NCBI RefSeq assembly: GCF_002113885.1
Contig: NW_018408909.1
Location: forward strand, 842,005-901,206
Reading direction: 5' to 3'
Source: Mizuhopecten yessoensis
Lineage: Eukaryota
DNA length: 59,202 nt
The notes under the pieces are model-generated. The model was not told where the DNA came from. It was given only the letters and a program-made list of their open reading frames with translations, and did not search any database. Both the position numbers and the translations under genes were made by a program. Numbering within the stretch: the first letter of the stretch is position 1; each line of letters opens with the position of its first letter. This document shows, piece after piece, positions 38,007 to 52,548 of this stretch.

Positions 38007-38889
38007 ATTACAGTTCTCAACACAAGGCATCTTCAGCTTGTCGACAGGGTAAATGGCATGGAAAATTATATTTATAGCCAAATACCGGAAGTACTCAACA
38101 ACACGTTGTGGGCATCAACATCAAAGCAAATTGGATTTAATGCAGACGTTTTAAAATTGTTTGGATGCCTTAGTAGCACGTGCGTGAGTGCTTTATCTGG
38201 AAATGTCACCAGTTTTGATAAGTTGCGCAATATCTCCATTGGGGAGTGGATACAAGTGAACGATTCTGAGTATAAAGCTGCCATATTGAACAAAAGATCA
38301 GGGACCGGTATACTTGAAACAGAGGTGAACGCTTTATACCAAACTGTTTTAAATTCCAGTCTTCTCGGAGTGTCTGATGCACAACTTACAAATCTACAAC
38401 TACAAAACATATGCGACAGTTATGTTTTAGATACTATTTGTAATTCTGCAACAGGAAGTAGTTCTAATAAATTTACTAGCGATGAAACATTCTTCGCATC
38501 TTGTGGGTTATTGCCGCTTATGCGAATTAAAAACATAACAAATACACCATGTTTAGTTCGAATATCAGAACTGTTTTTAACTTTCATGTGCAAAAATGCC
38601 AATCCCACATGTAATTTTGAAAACGATATTTTGGAATCGTTTTACTATTCCTTCCGAGACTTTGTACTACAGACCCTGGCGGGTGTTGTGTATGAGGCTC
38701 TTTTCGTTAGCGGAGTTCATGGGATGCTTGAAACCCGACCCCAGCGAGACATCGCCCTTGGGTACCGGACTGCGGACGGGATGGACATGTCGGGACTGCT
38801 ACCCCGCACCATCGGAAATATCAACCCACAGTCCTACGACATGTCCACGTGTCAAGGGGATACAGCCAATGGCAACATGGATGTCAAAG
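38007..38889 (+). CDS. CD36/SR-B family receptor, exon 4 (large, contains the insert)
   Basis: ttacag|ITVLN...MLETRPQRDIALGY...GNMDVK g|gtaagc. 883 nt open frame, phase 0/1. Confidence 0.88.
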
Positions 38890-41800
38890 GTAAGCTATTT
38901 ACAGCAACACTGGTGTGTTTATTTCAGTTTTCACATGTCAGGTAATCAATCACAACTACATTGTTCGCATGAATCTGACTCGAGTCTTTCTGTTTTCTTA
39001 ATAATCAGGGAGTTGTCTCAGTTTTCAAATCACATATTTTAAATAGAAACTTGGATTTTCAAGTGTAACATAATCTTAACTGAGACACGATAGAGTGCAG
39101 TCTTTCTAAAACATCCTTTAAATGTTGAATAAGGTATGACACTTGAGCTAGATCTAACGCATAGCAATTAGTGGCATATACATAATGTATTGTTGAAACG
39201 TTAGGACCAAAAGCCAATCATACCTGTTGAAGTTACTATGATGAGCAAAGAATGGTGCCAAATAGAAGGCCAGCGGAAATGATGACAAAATGATAAAGAC
39301 TGAACTTAAGGTTTTAAGGAAAATATGCAAATTATATAAATGACACAATCATATTACACATCATCTACATAATCGGCCTAATGGGGTAACAAGAAATGGG
39401 CCATAACAGAGAAATAGCCATCGACCACGTCAATATCAGCTTGTAGTACAAAACGATAATGTCCCTTACGTTCTTATAGTAGAGCGAAAATACATCAGCT
39501 TAACTATCCATGTAACTGTACAGACAACGAAACGGACTGAATGTTTCCGGAGTTCTTTTGAATAATCTGAAAATGACAATTGAAGATCAAAAAATACTTA
39601 TCAGGCATATCTAGATATCACACCTCTGCCTAGTGTCCCCTTATCTCATTGGCTAACGCGTGTCACGTGTTGACGTAATAAATCTCGCACAATGTCCGTA
39701 TAATTATGGGAATATTGACGTATATTGATTGTGTTAATCATCAAATACCCTGCAAATGTTGCTCTCTAACCTTCCATTTTCCGTTCTACCCTCATTTCAA
39801 TGTCGTTATCCTTTTAGTGTCTAGATTACTGTTGGCATACCTACCATGTGCCCATTTTCTAACATATGAGTTACCTGCCCTTGTTGTGTTATCACGTCAT
39901 TCCCTTCAGCTGTCTTTGGAACGATAATGCTCATATCAAATCCTGTCATTTTAACAAATATAATTCATACATGCATGTGATGAAGGTATATATCACTAGC
40001 GGGATAAACATTATATCTATAACCTCTCATTATAATACATAAAGAATACAATATGTGTTGTGACTTTGTAACACCATTTGGTCGTGTGATCACCATAGTG
40101 GCGTGACCGATCGGATTGTACCAATACTTGTTTGAATATATTCTAAAAACAACAGGGACCTGAGCTTTTGTTTTGACCTTAACTGAGGTTTTTCGAGTAA
40201 TATTATGCAATTGATGCCCTCAATATGGGATGACATGACGACTTGACCACCTGAGAGTCGTTATGTCACACCTGAGGGTGGACCAATTTTCCCATATCCC
40301 TTCTTTTTCAAATCACAAATTACGGCTTTGTACATGATGGACGATGATAAGAACTCGTGTCCGTCACATATTTCTTTAGCCCGTTCTTTAGGCTGTGCAT
40401 AGACAATATCTCGGTGAACACCAGCACAAAATGCACCCAACCGACGGACTAAAGTTCAATTATCAAAGTTCTCAAATACTTAATCACGGCCTGTTGACTG
40501 CAGAAAGTTTTTAGAATGACTCCACTGACCCGTTAATTATTCTTTTCGTATTCTTCGAATCCATTTCCTGCACCTTAAGCATTCCTTCCTCAGACGGCAG
40601 ACGTTACCTACCAGAAGCAGCCATCTTTGTTGATAGAAACGCTTACCGGAAACTCTCTAGGAATATCGTATGCTAGTACGTTACTTCTAGAGACTATCGG
40701 GAGAGGCTCACGAGAGGGTGACAGAAGAGGCTCACGAGAGGGCGTCATGACGAGGGCAATATAACGATTTCGGGGCGACATAACGAAAGTAGTAGTAATG
40801 CAGCACTACTGTGGATGACATAACGATTGTTTTTAGTCACGTGATATCGTATTGACTAATCAGAAACAAGAACACATGGATGATGTATAATACTACACAT
40901 TTAGGGGTTATGAACAATTTTCGGTAAAAAGTGCCTCCCGCAAATCTCTCGATGACAAAAATTGACCACACCGAAACTCCCTCGAATAAAAAACCCCCAC
41001 ATTTCTAGTTGATCTACGAGAAAAAGGATGGGTACTGTTTTAAAGATGGATACCTTCTCTTTTATTTAACCACGCATACAGCATTTATTCACCTTCCGCG
41101 TTCCCCTCGACATCACACACAATTTCGATCTTTCGAAGATTTTCCTAGAAATACAGCAACTTTTTCGATATGCATGAGGTTAACGTCATGCTCTAGCGAA
41201 CACGCAACAATGCTGTTGGCTAGTGTATTGTTGTGAATTTAAATATGGATTTCCCGAAACAGCGTGGCTGGAGGTGTTTGCTATAGCTCGACGTCATCCT
41301 TATGCGATACGAAGGTCAATGGTTGTCTTTGTGTTGTTACTCCCTCTATCTCACATTGTGGACGAGACGTTAATTGGACATGACCTTGATTCATATGGCG
41401 GGCGTTGTTTACTTCCAGAATACCTGGATATTATCCTTAATATCTATCCTTGATACTTTCAAGGTAATGATATATCAGATATTTACTTGGGGAATAATTT
41501 TCGTAGTTTCACAGAGGGACCCATCTTCTCGTGCGTACATGAATTCGTGGGTTTTATGGCAAACTTGTAATTACTTTGTGGAACTATGCTTTGGTGGATG
41601 GAGAGCACTCACAAATTCAACGTAATTAAAAAACCCGCGATAGTTATTGATTTCACAGTATTTCTAATTACAATTTTGTGTACATTCCAGTAGTCAATTT
41701 TACGTGTTGTCACTTTCCACGGCAATAACATACCAGACTGCCAAGCTTATGGTGTTTTCATGTCACATTTGCTCAAGAGCCAATCCTAAGGATTCGTTTT

Positions 41801-44800
41801 TATATCTGGATAGATGCGTTCTCTTGACGTAGCTAATAATTTCTACCGAACATGCTCCAATCTACTGTAAAATATTGCGGTTGTCATTAGGACATGACTT
41901 TTTGGGGATCCTTGGGGTTCTATGTACAAGTCATCTTCATCACAAGTTAAAATGTTGGTTATCGACATTCTGTCATGGATAAGATGGGAGAAGTCAATAA
42001 GAGTGTCACATGGGATACAGAAAACGCTTACCCTTCCGGAGCATACGGTCTCCATTTTAGGGGGTTACCTTCGATTTCCTATTGTTTTGATGTCGATGAT
42101 CCTATTGTTGTCTTTTTTGTATTGATTTTTAGAACTGTTTACCTGGACATACATGATTGATATACTAGAAAATTGAAATGTTAACTGCTGTTGTCTATTC
42201 ACTCTTCCTTCCTTGGATAGGATGACCAAGAAGACCAAGCCGTGTGGATATTTCTAAGCTAATTGTATAAAGGAAAACTTTAAATAAAGTTCCTGATTTG
42301 TATTTGCGCGTTGACTCTGGGACACACCTATAACTTTAGACTCATATTGATAATGTTTCGTGATTGACTGTAATTACTTTAGAGGTTAATATATCTACAA
42401 GCTGTCATGAAAAGAGCCTTAACACAACTATTCGACATGAACAAGGTACATCAATCACGAAAAAACAGTCAAGCATGACTTTGCTTCCGTATATCGTATT
42501 AAGCACATATCTAACGATTTATTATTTTCTGTATATATATATCAAACCTCTTTTTTAAAATGATCTTGACGGGTTGGTTGTTGACTGAATGAATCCACGC
42601 GAGTCGTAAAACTTAGTTACACATGTGATGTATAGATTGTTTTTAACCTGTCAGTTTTAAACCTCATAGATGAGTGTGTTAAGAGAGCATTGATGGCGAT
42701 CGTGAGACGCTTGTACGGTGGAGATTGAATGACGATAGTAATGTCGATCGATGGTGGATCGGTGTTAAGCAGTACACTGTAGACGACAAACACGGATCTA
42801 TACGTACAGTATATCGACTGATGATGGACTCCCTGATCACAGAGATCACCGTTTTATTAATTGATAACAGGATACAACCTTTACATCCTGATCTATACTA
42901 TCTGACGTTGACCAATACCAGTAACGAAGTAGGTCAACTAGACGAATACTTAGATAATATATTGATTTATCTTTTTATTTATTTATATAAAAGTTGCTCG
43001 CTTTTTGGAACGATTGAAAAACTATGTTCTATTCATAATGTTCAAATAAAGTACAATAATATTTTATCTTACTGATCAATGGTTTCATCGACTCATGATT
43101 TCATCCGTTTATTAACCATTTTATGATTTTTCCGAATTCAAACGTTTCATCATCTCCATGGTTTCTTACGCTTCTGCTTTTACCCCGATTCAGTGGTTTC
43201 AAAGGTGTTGCTCTCATAATGATTTTGTCTTCATTCTGCGTCTTTAGTTTTTTCCTTTCTGTGGTCGCTTGTGTATTTCATCCCTATTCTATACTTTCTT
43301 CCCCTTTATGTATTTATCTCACTCTGTGGTTAAGCACCAATTACATGTGTTCAGGTCTTTTGTAAAATTTCCCTCTTCTCTAGTTTTCTTCTCATTGCGC
43401 TCAAGTTTAAAGTTTCATCCTCTCTATGGCTTTATCATTTTTATCGGTTTGTCTATAAGTAATATTGATTTTTTAGTTTCATTCTATATCGATTTCAACT
43501 GTTAATAGTTTAATACCCTCTAATGTTCTGTTCTTCACATTGGATTTCCACCCACACCTAAGTCTCCACCCGTCTTTGATCTTGTCGCTATGGTATGTTT
43601 TTCACAATCCCTTTTTTTCCAAATCAATTATTTTGTCCTCTCGTCCTCTAAATGGTTTGTTCGTCAATGGTTAATTTTGTGCTACCCATGATTTTGTCCC
43701 CTCAATGGTTTGTTTTTACTGCCCATGGTGTCGTCCCCTCTATTTATTTTGTCCTCTCTTTAGTTTTTATGACCGCTTCACGTTAACTTGTCTGGGTTTT
43801 CCGTATTCATTGACTTGATCGACCGTATAATAATTAGTAATTAACGACGTTCAATAAGCCGAGTTGTCCCTTTACCTCTATAAAACGGTAATATATCACC
43901 CTCTTAACACTCTCATCCACCAGTTTCCAATAAACTTGATATGGATTGTTTTTGTTTTACAACCATTTTGTACTATAATGTACATGCTGGTCGCTATCCC
44001 CACGTGACCTATGCGTTGCTACGATGTAAAACCCAAATCAAACAAAACATATCGGGTGTACTGAGCACGATCAAGTAGGACTGTCTCGCCAAAAATTCCT
44101 CCACTGTAAAGAATACGTTTCCGTTGTCAACCTTGACTACGTCTTAAATGATCAATAGGAGATAAAAAAAAAATCGTATACATATAGGGAAGCAGATGCA
44201 ATCAAACTTGTTATACCTGATACATTCCTGCACTGGGAAAGAGTAACCCAGAAACGAAACAAAAATACATAAAACCATAACCTCATAACAGACATGCAGG
44301 TAAAATGTATGTAAATGTCATAGAAAGTTCATATAATATTCAGACCAGTTTCAGGGAAAGTTTGTGTAAAAGTTTAGGTAAAGTTCCTTTAAAAACTTTG
44401 TTAGATACCTAATATTTTTACAAAATATTCAGGCAAAGTTCAATGAAAGGTTAGATAAACGTCATGCAAAAATCAGCTATTCTTCCTTTAACGTTGAATT
44501 AAAGCCCATGATGATACACGTTTAAAGTAGACTATTCGATATATCAGGTTTACAGAAACAACCACTCGCGGAGCATGCAACATCTCACTTATCTCTTAAA
44601 ACGCGTATATAAGTTATATACGTTGAACATCAAAACCTACATCATCTCTTAATGGCTTATGAACCATTCATGGAAGTTACATACGAGCTGTTATAAGTTA
44701 TCTTACCGCTAATTACTGTCCTAGAGATACAAGGTAAATGTCAAATTCGACCTCAACACATATTTAGTATAATTTTAGTATATGTATTGCATACTGAACA

Positions 44801-44899
44801 GAACAAGTGGGTATGTCTATCAACAAAAAGAAAAATGGCAATACAGACATAATCAGCTTACAGGTGGAGCATCCAATATTACTCAAAGAAAATAGTAAT

Positions 44900-45365
44900 T
44901 GTTGCCATTGCTGTTGTTGGTGTCAGCTGTATTATTGTAGAAGGTGTAGATTGTGATGGTGTTTTCTGTTTTTGTTGATGGTGAAGTTGTTGGTGGTTGT
45001 GCTGTTGTTGTGGGTGTTGATGGTGTTAGTGTTTATGGTAGTGTAATTGTTGCTGTTTGTGTTGGTGGTAGTATATCTGTTTGCGGTATTATTGTAGAAG
45101 GTGTAGATGGTGATGGTGTTTTCTGTTTTTGTTGGTGGAAGTGGTGAAGTTGGTGGTGGTCGTGTTGTTGTTGTGGGTGGTAATGGTGTTGGTGTTTACA
45201 GTGTTGTTGTTGTTGTTTGCGGTGATGGTAGAGTAAGTGTTTGCGGTATTATTGTTTGAGTTGTTGTTGGTAATGATGTTTTTTTGCGGGTGGTAATGAC
45301 TGTGTAAGTGATGATGGTTGTTGCTGTTGATAGTAGTGCTTTGTTGTTGTTGATGATGGTGTTTT
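44900..45365. repeat. GTT/GGT low-complexity tract with an internal ~50-bp duplication
   Basis: gtattattgtagaaggtgtagat.gtgatggtgttttctgtttttgttg occurs at ~44929 and ~45086. Confidence 0.75.
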
Positions 45366-45399
45366 TATTACTGGTACTGATGATGCAGAGATCCACCAA

Positions 45400-48300
45400 T
45401 TTGTGTGCATATCTAAGTTAACGTCTGTCAAAGTTTGAAAATATGGTAACCAAAACATACCTGACATACCTGTGAATGTAGCCTGTATACAGGAAAATTG
45501 TTATAAAGAGAAGTTATGGTCTGATTCAAGTGGATTGTAAATTGTGTTAACAAGTGATCAGTTCTCATAGAGTACCCATGCCTAGGAAAAAGGGAAACCT
45601 TCCAAAAGGAAATTCAGGGGAAGCAGTCTGAAGGATATTCAGTCTACCAAAAGGAGAAAAAAGTAAGTGAAACTGCTAGTGACTCAGAATCCGAACTTGA
45701 GTTCACTGAATGTGCAGACACTGTTATAAACTTTCCAAATATGGCTGCCATTGATTCCACACAAAAACACACACATGTAGACTCTATTATCTCTGCATTA
45801 CAAAATCCAAAGGTTCTGGAAAGTATTGCCAATGCTGTATATTCAAAAGTAAACCAGAAAAATGGAACTATGCAAAATGAACTAAAAATCAGGGATCAAA
45901 GGATAAATGAACTTGAAAACAAGATGGATGACCTTGAAATGTACAGCAGGAGAAATGGTATAAGAGTACACGGCATACCTGAAATAGAGGGTGAAAACAC
46001 TGATAAGATTATTCTGGACATCGCAAGGGAAACTGGTGCCAAGGTTCCAGAGTTTGGAGTCACCGTGTGGGACGCAAACAAGAGGGGAAACCAAGGCAAA
46101 TTATTGCAAAGTTTATCTCGCACAACTTGAAAGTTGAAATTCTACGGAATAAAAAACACCTGAAAACCATTGACACAACCAAATAGCCCCTAGATGTAAA
46201 AAAATATATATTTATCAATGAGGACCTATCCAAAACCAGAGCTAGCTGGGCCAAGAAAGCCAGGAAAATGAAATTTGACGGCAAGTGTACCGATACATGG
46301 ACAAGAGATGGAGTTATCTTCGTTAAATCTCGCGAAAATGTAGTCTTCCGCATCAACACACTTAACGACCTGAGAGAAGTGTCCTGTGAACTTTATGGTG
46401 AACCTTTTCTGTAACTCATATTTGTCTGAGTTATGTTTTCAAACTGTGACAGAACTATGGATATCTAAACACATGTAACCAATATCAGCTCAACTACTTT
46501 CGCCTTCTATTGAACTGACATTATGACAAGTGTGAAAAACTCATTTACATCAAACATGACCTGCAAGTTAAAAATGCAGTTTAATGCAATTTGTAAAAAT
46601 AAAATGTATGTTGATGTTTCTTTACAGAAAAACTTTATCCATACGTATCATGTAATGTAATTAAGATATAACACATGCTATGAAAGGTAAACTGTATCTA
46701 AATATATCATATATCCTGTAATGTTATTAAAATATAACACAACATACTATGTAAGGTAAACTGTATCATATGGCATGACAAGAAATGTATCTTAATTACT
46801 TATAACCATTCAAGGTTAACCATGTCTTAAATGAACTATGACCAACAAGCAAGGTAAAAATCGTATCTAAATGTCCATTTCTGACATTGACTTTCGATCA
46901 ACCCAAATGTGGCAATAATATAGCAGCTAGTGAAAATTCCAACAATTCAAGAAAATACTACACAATGATTATAGTGTTACAGACTGTTAAAACTCTAGTT
47001 GAATATCTTTCATATTGATGGTTAACTTATTGTTTATATTCTACCTACATATATGTCATTGAGTTTGTCATCCCAGATGATGTATTCACCGACAGATTGC
47101 AGATGATTGGTCATTAGTATACAAACCTCTTCAGACAGCAGGTTTTAGACTAGTTTCACTTCTACAGGAAGTTTACACAGGAAGTTCATAACTCACCCAT
47201 CTGAATCATTTGGAAGTTTTACGCCTTGCTTATATTTTAGTGTAAGCGACAAGCTCTTTAAAGAGTAAGAACATAGGTTTTTGTCTGCAGACACATGGAA
47301 GTGTACTATAAACCAAGTTATGTATGTCAGTTTCTCACTTAATTATTCCAAATATATGTTACAGTTAAGGTAATCTTACATTCTTACTTGCATTTAAAAT
47401 GTATGTGCATTATATACATTGTAATGATATCAGTATATGCAAGTAATATATTCCTCTTTATGATTCATACCGTTACAGTGTTGAAACTCTTCTTGATTTA
47501 AATTCTATCTATGTTTACAGTTCAGATAATCTTTTATACATATATATATGTAATAGCAGTTGGAAAAAAGTATATATATAATTTGCCATTACATCAACAT
47601 AATTTATCAACTCAGCATATTTCTCTGACCATGATTAGAAGTTCTTGTAGACTATAGAATACCATAATTCCTAAAAAACTTATTAACCAGTATTGTATAT
47701 TCCTTAGCATACAATTATTTTCCGCAAATTGATGTTAATTATCTGTTTGTGTATTGTACACACAAGAAACTATGAATTCTTACGTTCTTTGTACATAACC
47801 TGTTTCTTTATTTTTGTTTATATTATGCTTTTCCTTTATGAATTAACTACAATGTTGACTGTTGTTTCTCTTTTCACCCTGTACCATATCAATGTATATA
47901 AGCCACCATTTTACTGTCTTATTATTGTGCTACTTAATTTAGATAATGGGTAATTCCTTATTGCAACATAGAGTGGCTATTGGCATGTTTTACCTGGTTT
48001 GTCACACAAACGAACATTCATCTTTCATACATACAAACCGTTTACACTGGCTTCTCAAAAATCTTAAAAATATGATATTCCAAGCTCACAGACTTGTCCC
48101 TAAACTTGGTATTCTGATTCACAAAATTAATTTATATAGCATTATTTTATCACTTTTATTAATCATTGCAGGAGATGTTGAATTAAACCCTGGCCCTGAA
48201 CCGTAAAGTTCTTCTGATGCTTCTATTGCCCTGAAAACTCTGGATATTTTACATCTTAATATTCGTAGTATTAGAAACAAAATAGATTATTTGTACGCAT

Positions 48301-51300
48301 TAGTTTCCGATTATGATATTTTGTGTTTTACAGAAACACACCTGGATGCAACTGTTACCAATAACTATCTACCTTTAAGTGATCATAGTCAAATCTATAG
48401 ACCTGACAGGAATGCCTTTGGGGGAGGTGTAATGATATGTATATCTGATTCAATTAGGGCCCAACGACGTACAGATCTTGAACATCATAACCTGGAAGCA
48501 ATTTGGGTGCAAATTGATACACCAACTCTTAATATATTACTGTGCAATATATATCGTCCACCAAATGCACCCACCAGTTTTTGGGCTAACTTTGAATGGA
48601 CAATTGAAAAATCACTTGAAATCAGCGATAATATCATAATTGTAGGTGATCTCAATTGTGACCTCACCGCTGCAACATTATCAAATCCTCTTGTAACCAT
48701 ATGTGAATCATTCAGCTTGTTAAATCTAATTACAGATCCAACTAGAGTCACTCAAGCAACACCTACCCTTATTGATCCCATCTTGGTTAGTTCTGCCTTT
48801 TCTACATGTGAAAGTGGGGTTATCAGTGTTGATCAACATCTTAGTGACCACAGTGCCACTTATACATTTATTCCTGTACATTTTAGATGCAAAACCTACA
48901 TCTTTTCACCGTACCATTTGGTTATATAAAAATGCAGATTTTGCTGAATTAAACAATAAAATAACTGATGTAGATTTGGATTATATAATTAACACTCCAG
49001 AAAATATAGATAAATCTTGTTCCATATTTACACAAACTTTAATGAAACTTATAGAACAATGTATACCTCACAAACAAATTACTATTCATCCAAGAGACAA
49101 ACCTTGGTTAGATTCAGCATTAAGAAGTCAAATTCGTCTCAGAGACAAATTAAGACAAAAAGCCCAATCTACTCATACCTCCAGATTTTATAATATGTAC
49201 AAAGCAGCACGGAACAAGGTGTGTAATATGAAAAACACATGCTATTTCAAACTATTATAATAATATAGAGTGTAAAATTACTGATGCATCTATCAACAAG
49301 CAGAAACTTTACTGGAAAATGTTTAAACAGCTTATATCACACAAGTCATCATCATCAGAAATTCCTCCATTACAATCCACAAATACTGATGGCAGCTCAT
49401 CAATCTCATACTCGAACTCTGATAAGGTTAATGCTCTAAAAAAAATGTATCAATATCAACAATAGAAGAACCTAATACTGTCCTTAATCCGTTTCCACAA
49501 CAAACTTTCTCTCTTACAGATATTCATATAGATCAGGATGAGGTTGAAGACGTTTTAAAAACTCTTGATATAAATAAAGCTGTTGGTCCAGACTCAATTA
49601 ATAATAGGATGCTAAAAAAAATACAGCTTCCTCTGTCTGTAAACCTTTGTAAATCCTCTTTAACAGATCTCTTTCAGAAAACTCCTTCCCTAGTATGTGG
49701 AAATTAGCAAATGTTGTACCTTTATTTAAGAAAGATAATCCCAGTATGGTTTCAAACTATAGACCAATATCTCTGCTAAGTTGTATCAGTAAGGTGTTGG
49801 AACGTTTAGTTTTTAAGAATATTTATAACTTCACACCAATAATTTATTTTACAAATATCAATTAGGGTTCTTACCAGGCCACTCCACCGTATTCCAACTT
49901 TTGGAAATCTACCATAGTATTGTCTCTGCTCTGGACAACCAACAAGACTGTTGTATAGTCTTTTGTGATCTATCGAAAGCTTTTGATAGGGTATGGCATA
50001 GGGGATTGTTGTACAAATTAGAAAAATATGGTGTAACAGGTAATATTTTGAATTGGTTAAAAAGCTACTTATTAGATAGAAAACAAAGAGTTGTTTATAG
50101 ATCCTGTCAATCAAACTCACTTAACCTATCAGCAGGAGTGCCCCAAGGGTCATTACTGGGTCCTATCTTATTTCTTATATATGTAAATGATATTGCTGAA
50201 AATATGATAAGTATAAGCAGATTATTCGCTGATGACACATCCTTGGTTAAATAATCTGCAACCACCGGATAGATGGAAACTTGTATAAATCATGATATAT
50301 CTATTTTGGAAAATTGGTCAAAGAAATGGTTAATGAAATTCAATGCAGAAAAAACAAAGATGATCTTTATTTCAAAAAGACGAAATACTACATTACCTGA
50401 TATTGTATTTCATAAACATCTAGGTCTTAATTTCTCCAGTGATGGCAAATGGTCATACCATATTGACTGTATTGCCAAGTCAGCATACAAAAAACTAGTA
50501 TTACTCAAAAAACTTAAATATTCGGGTTCTAGATATTCTTTATCTGTTCTTTATAAAACATATATTCGTCCCTTATTGGAGTACGCATCGGTAGTCTGGG
50601 ATGGATGTTCTCAACAAGACTCTGAAAAACTTGAAAGAGTTCAGTTACTTGCAGCTCGAGTAGTTACCGGCCTACCTGTATATGCATCAAGAGAATCGCT
50701 TTACTTTGAGACGGGATAGGAACTCTTATCCGAACGTCGTAAACATATTAAGCTATCAACCCTTTTCAAAATAAAAAAACGATATGACACCAAATTATCT
50801 GGTGGAAATCCTTCCTAGTCTCCGTCCTGAAACATCAACATATGCTACTCGTAACCAAGACGTTTTTACTATCCCACGATGTAGGACAGAACTTTTTAGA
50901 AAATCATGCATACCATCATCTGTAACACAATGGAATTCCCTCAATTCCTGTATAAAGTCAACCCATTCTCTTGTTGCATTTAAAAACTGTTTCAAACATG
51001 ATGTTGTTTCTATTCCAAAATTTTCTTTATGTTTATGTGGAGAAGTAGAAAATGTACATCACTATTTCTATACATGTCCAAATTACTCAACTGTAAGAAA
51101 TCACCTGGTAAGAAATCTTAGGAACTTAAATTTTCCAGAGATCCACACAGACAAACACACTTCTCTGGGGTAATCATGATCTCACTTTTGAACAAAACAG
51201 TAAAACCTTTAACTATGTATGTAAGTACATTAAGGATACAAACCGCTTCTAGTGAGTAGTCTTAATTACAACAATTACATCATGTTCGAAGAATTGAATT

Positions 51301-51552
51301 TTCTTTATCTGTGTGAAAACCTCGTTTAATTCTCTATGAGTAGGTCGGGGTACAGAGAAACAGTCGTCAACAACCTATTTTAATAATTCAACTTAAATTT
51401 AAAAAAATAAAATAAAAAATGAAATGTACATGTTAAGACAGCTATGATGTACGTAAACTGTATTTAAGTTAGGAGAGGGCTTAATTAAGTTGTAAGAACT
51501 TGTGCCCAGTCCTTTTTGTCATTTTCAAGGCAATACAAATATGTTTAAACCA
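45400..51552 (+). mobile_element. Near full-length decayed CR1-group LINE in CD36-like intron 4
   Basis: ORF1 relic from ATG 45578 (coiled coil, LEMYSRRNGIRVHGIPE, FINEDL, TWTRDG). ORF2 relic 47946-~51250 with APE (HLNIRS, CFTETHL, IYRPPN, VGDLN, SDH) and RT (NYRPIS, DLSKAFD, GVPQGS, FADD). Ends in a 3' stem-loop. The 5' boundary is approximate. Confidence 0.92.
48171..48197 (+). other. 2A/StopGo ribosomal skipping motif GDVELNPGP at the start of LINE ORF2
   Basis: Exact D(V/I)ExNPGP consensus preceded by a hydrophobic helix (IILSLLLIIA), in frame with the APE domain. Confidence 0.85.
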
Positions 51553-52214
51553 AGGTGAAGTTTATGTTGTTGTTCAATATAGACATTAAAGAATCTTTAT
51601 AACTTATAAATATATAATCTGAAACTAATAAGTGTCTGATCTGTAATTTATTATTATCATTTTTTTTTTACTAATAATTGTTATCTTACTTGTAACTAAA
51701 TTGCATCTTATCTGTAATTTATAAGTAGCTTATCTGTAATTAATTAGTATCTATTATGTAACTGCTAGTAATTAATATCTAATATGTATTTAATTAGTGT
51801 CATTTCTGTATATACTAGTAATCAGTATCTAATCTGTAAAAATAAATGTAAGAAACACATTTGATTGCAAAATTTGGTAATAGTTCCATCATGCAAAAAT
51901 ATATTTACGCAGCACCATACAGCTGTTCCATCCTCCTATGGCTCATCGTCGATGCTAGGGACCAAAAAGGAGGAAATTCAAGTTGGTCTATACTACATTT
52001 GAAATGGTTCATTAGACTTTGAGACTTCGTGAGAACGAAACAACAAATTGATTCTGACATTTTTTCTTACCTCACTTTACTCAGATTGCATCTATAGTTT
52101 TATTTATTAGAGTCAAATGTAATCAGATTTGTAAAAAAAATATATAAACGATAATCTAGTTCATTTCTGACTCTGACTATGACCATGATAACGCAAACTT
52201 TAATTATTTCACAG

Positions 52215-52454
52215 TATTTCGAGACACCATCCTGGATTCTCTGTGCGCTGTAAGTGTGGACCCAGCATGTGACAGCACAACAGGACATAGTTTATTTTCT
52301 ACACCGGCTTCATCTTATAGCGCATGCGTAAAGCCGAATCCAAACTCAGATGTTTCGATGTTTGAGGAAAATATACACGACACACTGTCTTTCGTAAACC
52401 CGGTGGAGATCGACATGTTCGGTATCCGGGTTCATCGTTTCCATCTGGACACAA
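52215..52454 (+). CDS. CD36/SR-B family receptor, exon 5
   Basis: tcacag| phase 1 ..FRDTILDSLC..MFGIRVHRFHLDT a|gtaaga, with the family-like GI...RF. 240 nt. Confidence 0.8.
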
Positions 52455-52548
52455 GTAAGATTTTTCTAGTCATAAATCTATATTTGTCTCTTCCTTTTCA
52501 AATCATAATTTAACTCGACGTTCTATTTATAGCTGCAGTAAAATTGTC

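Noticed and set aside
40210-40880. Possible non-autonomous element with recurring gacataacga and tcacgtga motifs (similar patches near 25190-25290 and 36960-37150)
   Set aside because: No termini or TSD could be defined.
42010-42130. gcttacccttccggagca repeat remnant
   Set aside because: It resembles a common bivalve dispersed repeat end but is too short and decayed to classify from sequence alone.
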